Below, in pieces: positions 62,981-64,000 of a DNA stretch of 64,000 bases. Positions within the stretch are counted from its first letter, which is position 1. The number at the start of each line of letters is the position of its first letter. Under the pieces are notes generated by a model, which was not told the origin of the DNA, ran no database searches, and saw only the letters and a list, made by a program, of their open reading frames with translations. This DNA comes from Neodothiora populina. Lineage: Eukaryota. Position numbers and translations under genes: made by a program. The DNA lies in the NCBI RefSeq assembly GCF_041146345.1, contig NW_027191409.1:434001-498000 (forward strand), given 5' to 3'.

Positions 62981-63134
62981 GTATGTCAAGCTCCATTCAG
63001 CAGTATGTCAAGTCCCAGGGAATATCATGTCAGGTTCCAATCAATAGCACGTCAAATGTCGACGGAGAGTAGATCAACTCATAGTAAATAGCATATCAGG
63101 TTCCACTGAATAGCATGTCAAGCTGCAGTGAATG
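62981..63134. repeat. Degenerate tandem array, 7 units of exactly 22 bp
   Basis: Units start at 62981, 63003, 63025, 63047, 63069, 63091, 63113; consensus about GCATGTCAAGTTCCANTGAATA. Confidence 0.8.
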
Positions 63135-63894
63135 AATTGCTTAAATGGACATAATTCGGACATAGCTCCATTGCACGAATACGCGGAGTGACGGCTACCT
63201 CCGTTGCGCCGGAGTAAAGCCAATCTCTGTAGTGGCTCGCTCCATAGCTCCGTCTTGCCATTACATATGCTGAGTGACGATTGGCTCCGCAACCCCGCCA
63301 GCTTCCAATTACATCGCTTCCAAGGTGTGACAGCAAGTAGTCTATCGCCAGACGCGGGAGGCGAACACGAACAATCCGATTAGTGGCAGCGAACGGCACT
63401 TGCCAGCATACCATACCTCTGTACAGTGGAGCTAGCTTGAGACAAAACCTCGGTTGCCCTGTTATGTCAAACCTTCCGTCATAATCGTACACGTTCAACC
63501 CATGTGCGATCAGCGACGGGGCTTATTTGAGCACGCAGGCTTGCGTGGGTAAATCGGTAGCGTGCAATCGGTGAACGAATTGGACTGCCTGGTTTGGGGC
63601 TCCAATGAGGCTCAAAATATACTTCTTGTGGACCGAAACGCCAAACTTCATCATGATGCATATCCCTCATTCTCATCGTAGTTTTGTACGATCAGCTTGT
63701 CTGTTCCGATGAGCTCAATTCCAACGTCATAATAGTGTAATCCCATCAACCTGTGTGAACCCTTGCCTTACCTAAGGCGATGTAGCCACAACAATGTGGA
63801 TATTCCACGCATATATACGCGGGCGAGGACGCTCCTCTTTACTCTGGAAACCCAATTCTTGCTTCTTCTTGTCTCACAGTATACATAATTTCAG

Positions 63895-63986
63895 ATGGCA
63901 CCTGGAGTAACAGACGTGATCAAGGAAAAGATTGTCGGCATGACTGAAAACCAGAAGGTTGCTGATCTCCAGCGCAACACTGTTGA
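63895..63986 (+). CDS. First exon of a gene truncated by the window edge, probably large-subunit catalase (CatA/catalase-1 type)
   Basis: ATG 63895 gives MAPGVTDVIKEKIVGMTENQKVADLQRNTV followed by donor GTAAGT at 63987. The 'KVADL' N-terminus resembles fungal spore catalases, but only 30 residues are visible. Confidence 0.45.
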
Positions 63987-64000
63987 GTAAGTCGACCCAT

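Noticed and set aside
62981..63134. 22-bp array read as a CRISPR-like array
   Set aside because: There are no unique spacers between conserved repeats and no cas genes, and the context is eukaryotic.

Overview
Gene-dense eukaryotic DNA from a filamentous ascomycete (inferred from short GT-AG introns with CTRAC-type branch sites and the gene set). It holds about 20 protein genes: HPP-family fragment, Kin4-like kinase, urease, CSN7, an Hsp70-like protein, mitochondrial RNA polymerase, Mdv1/Caf4, Ras, GMF/Aim7, a pseudokinase, a molybdopterin-binding-domain protein, a Cys/His-motif protein, Clr2, an FAD monooxygenase, a TRP/Yvc1-like channel, a conserved hypothetical protein, a RING-H2 ligase, Ada3/Ngg1 and the start of a probable catalase. 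It also holds an intron-containing tRNA-Val(AAC). The most notable non-coding signal is a ~2.2 kb heavily self-complementary block with no credible ORF between MDV1 and RAS. It carries a TTAGGG template (AACCCTAA) directly behind a boundary hairpin and has nested long-range helices, making it a candidate telomerase RNA gene. Other leads are two candidate structured intronic RNAs, an exact 22-bp-period degenerate array upstream of the putative catalase, and a catalytically dead kinase-fold gene. All exon boundaries and pairings were read by eye; no database search or folding software was run.
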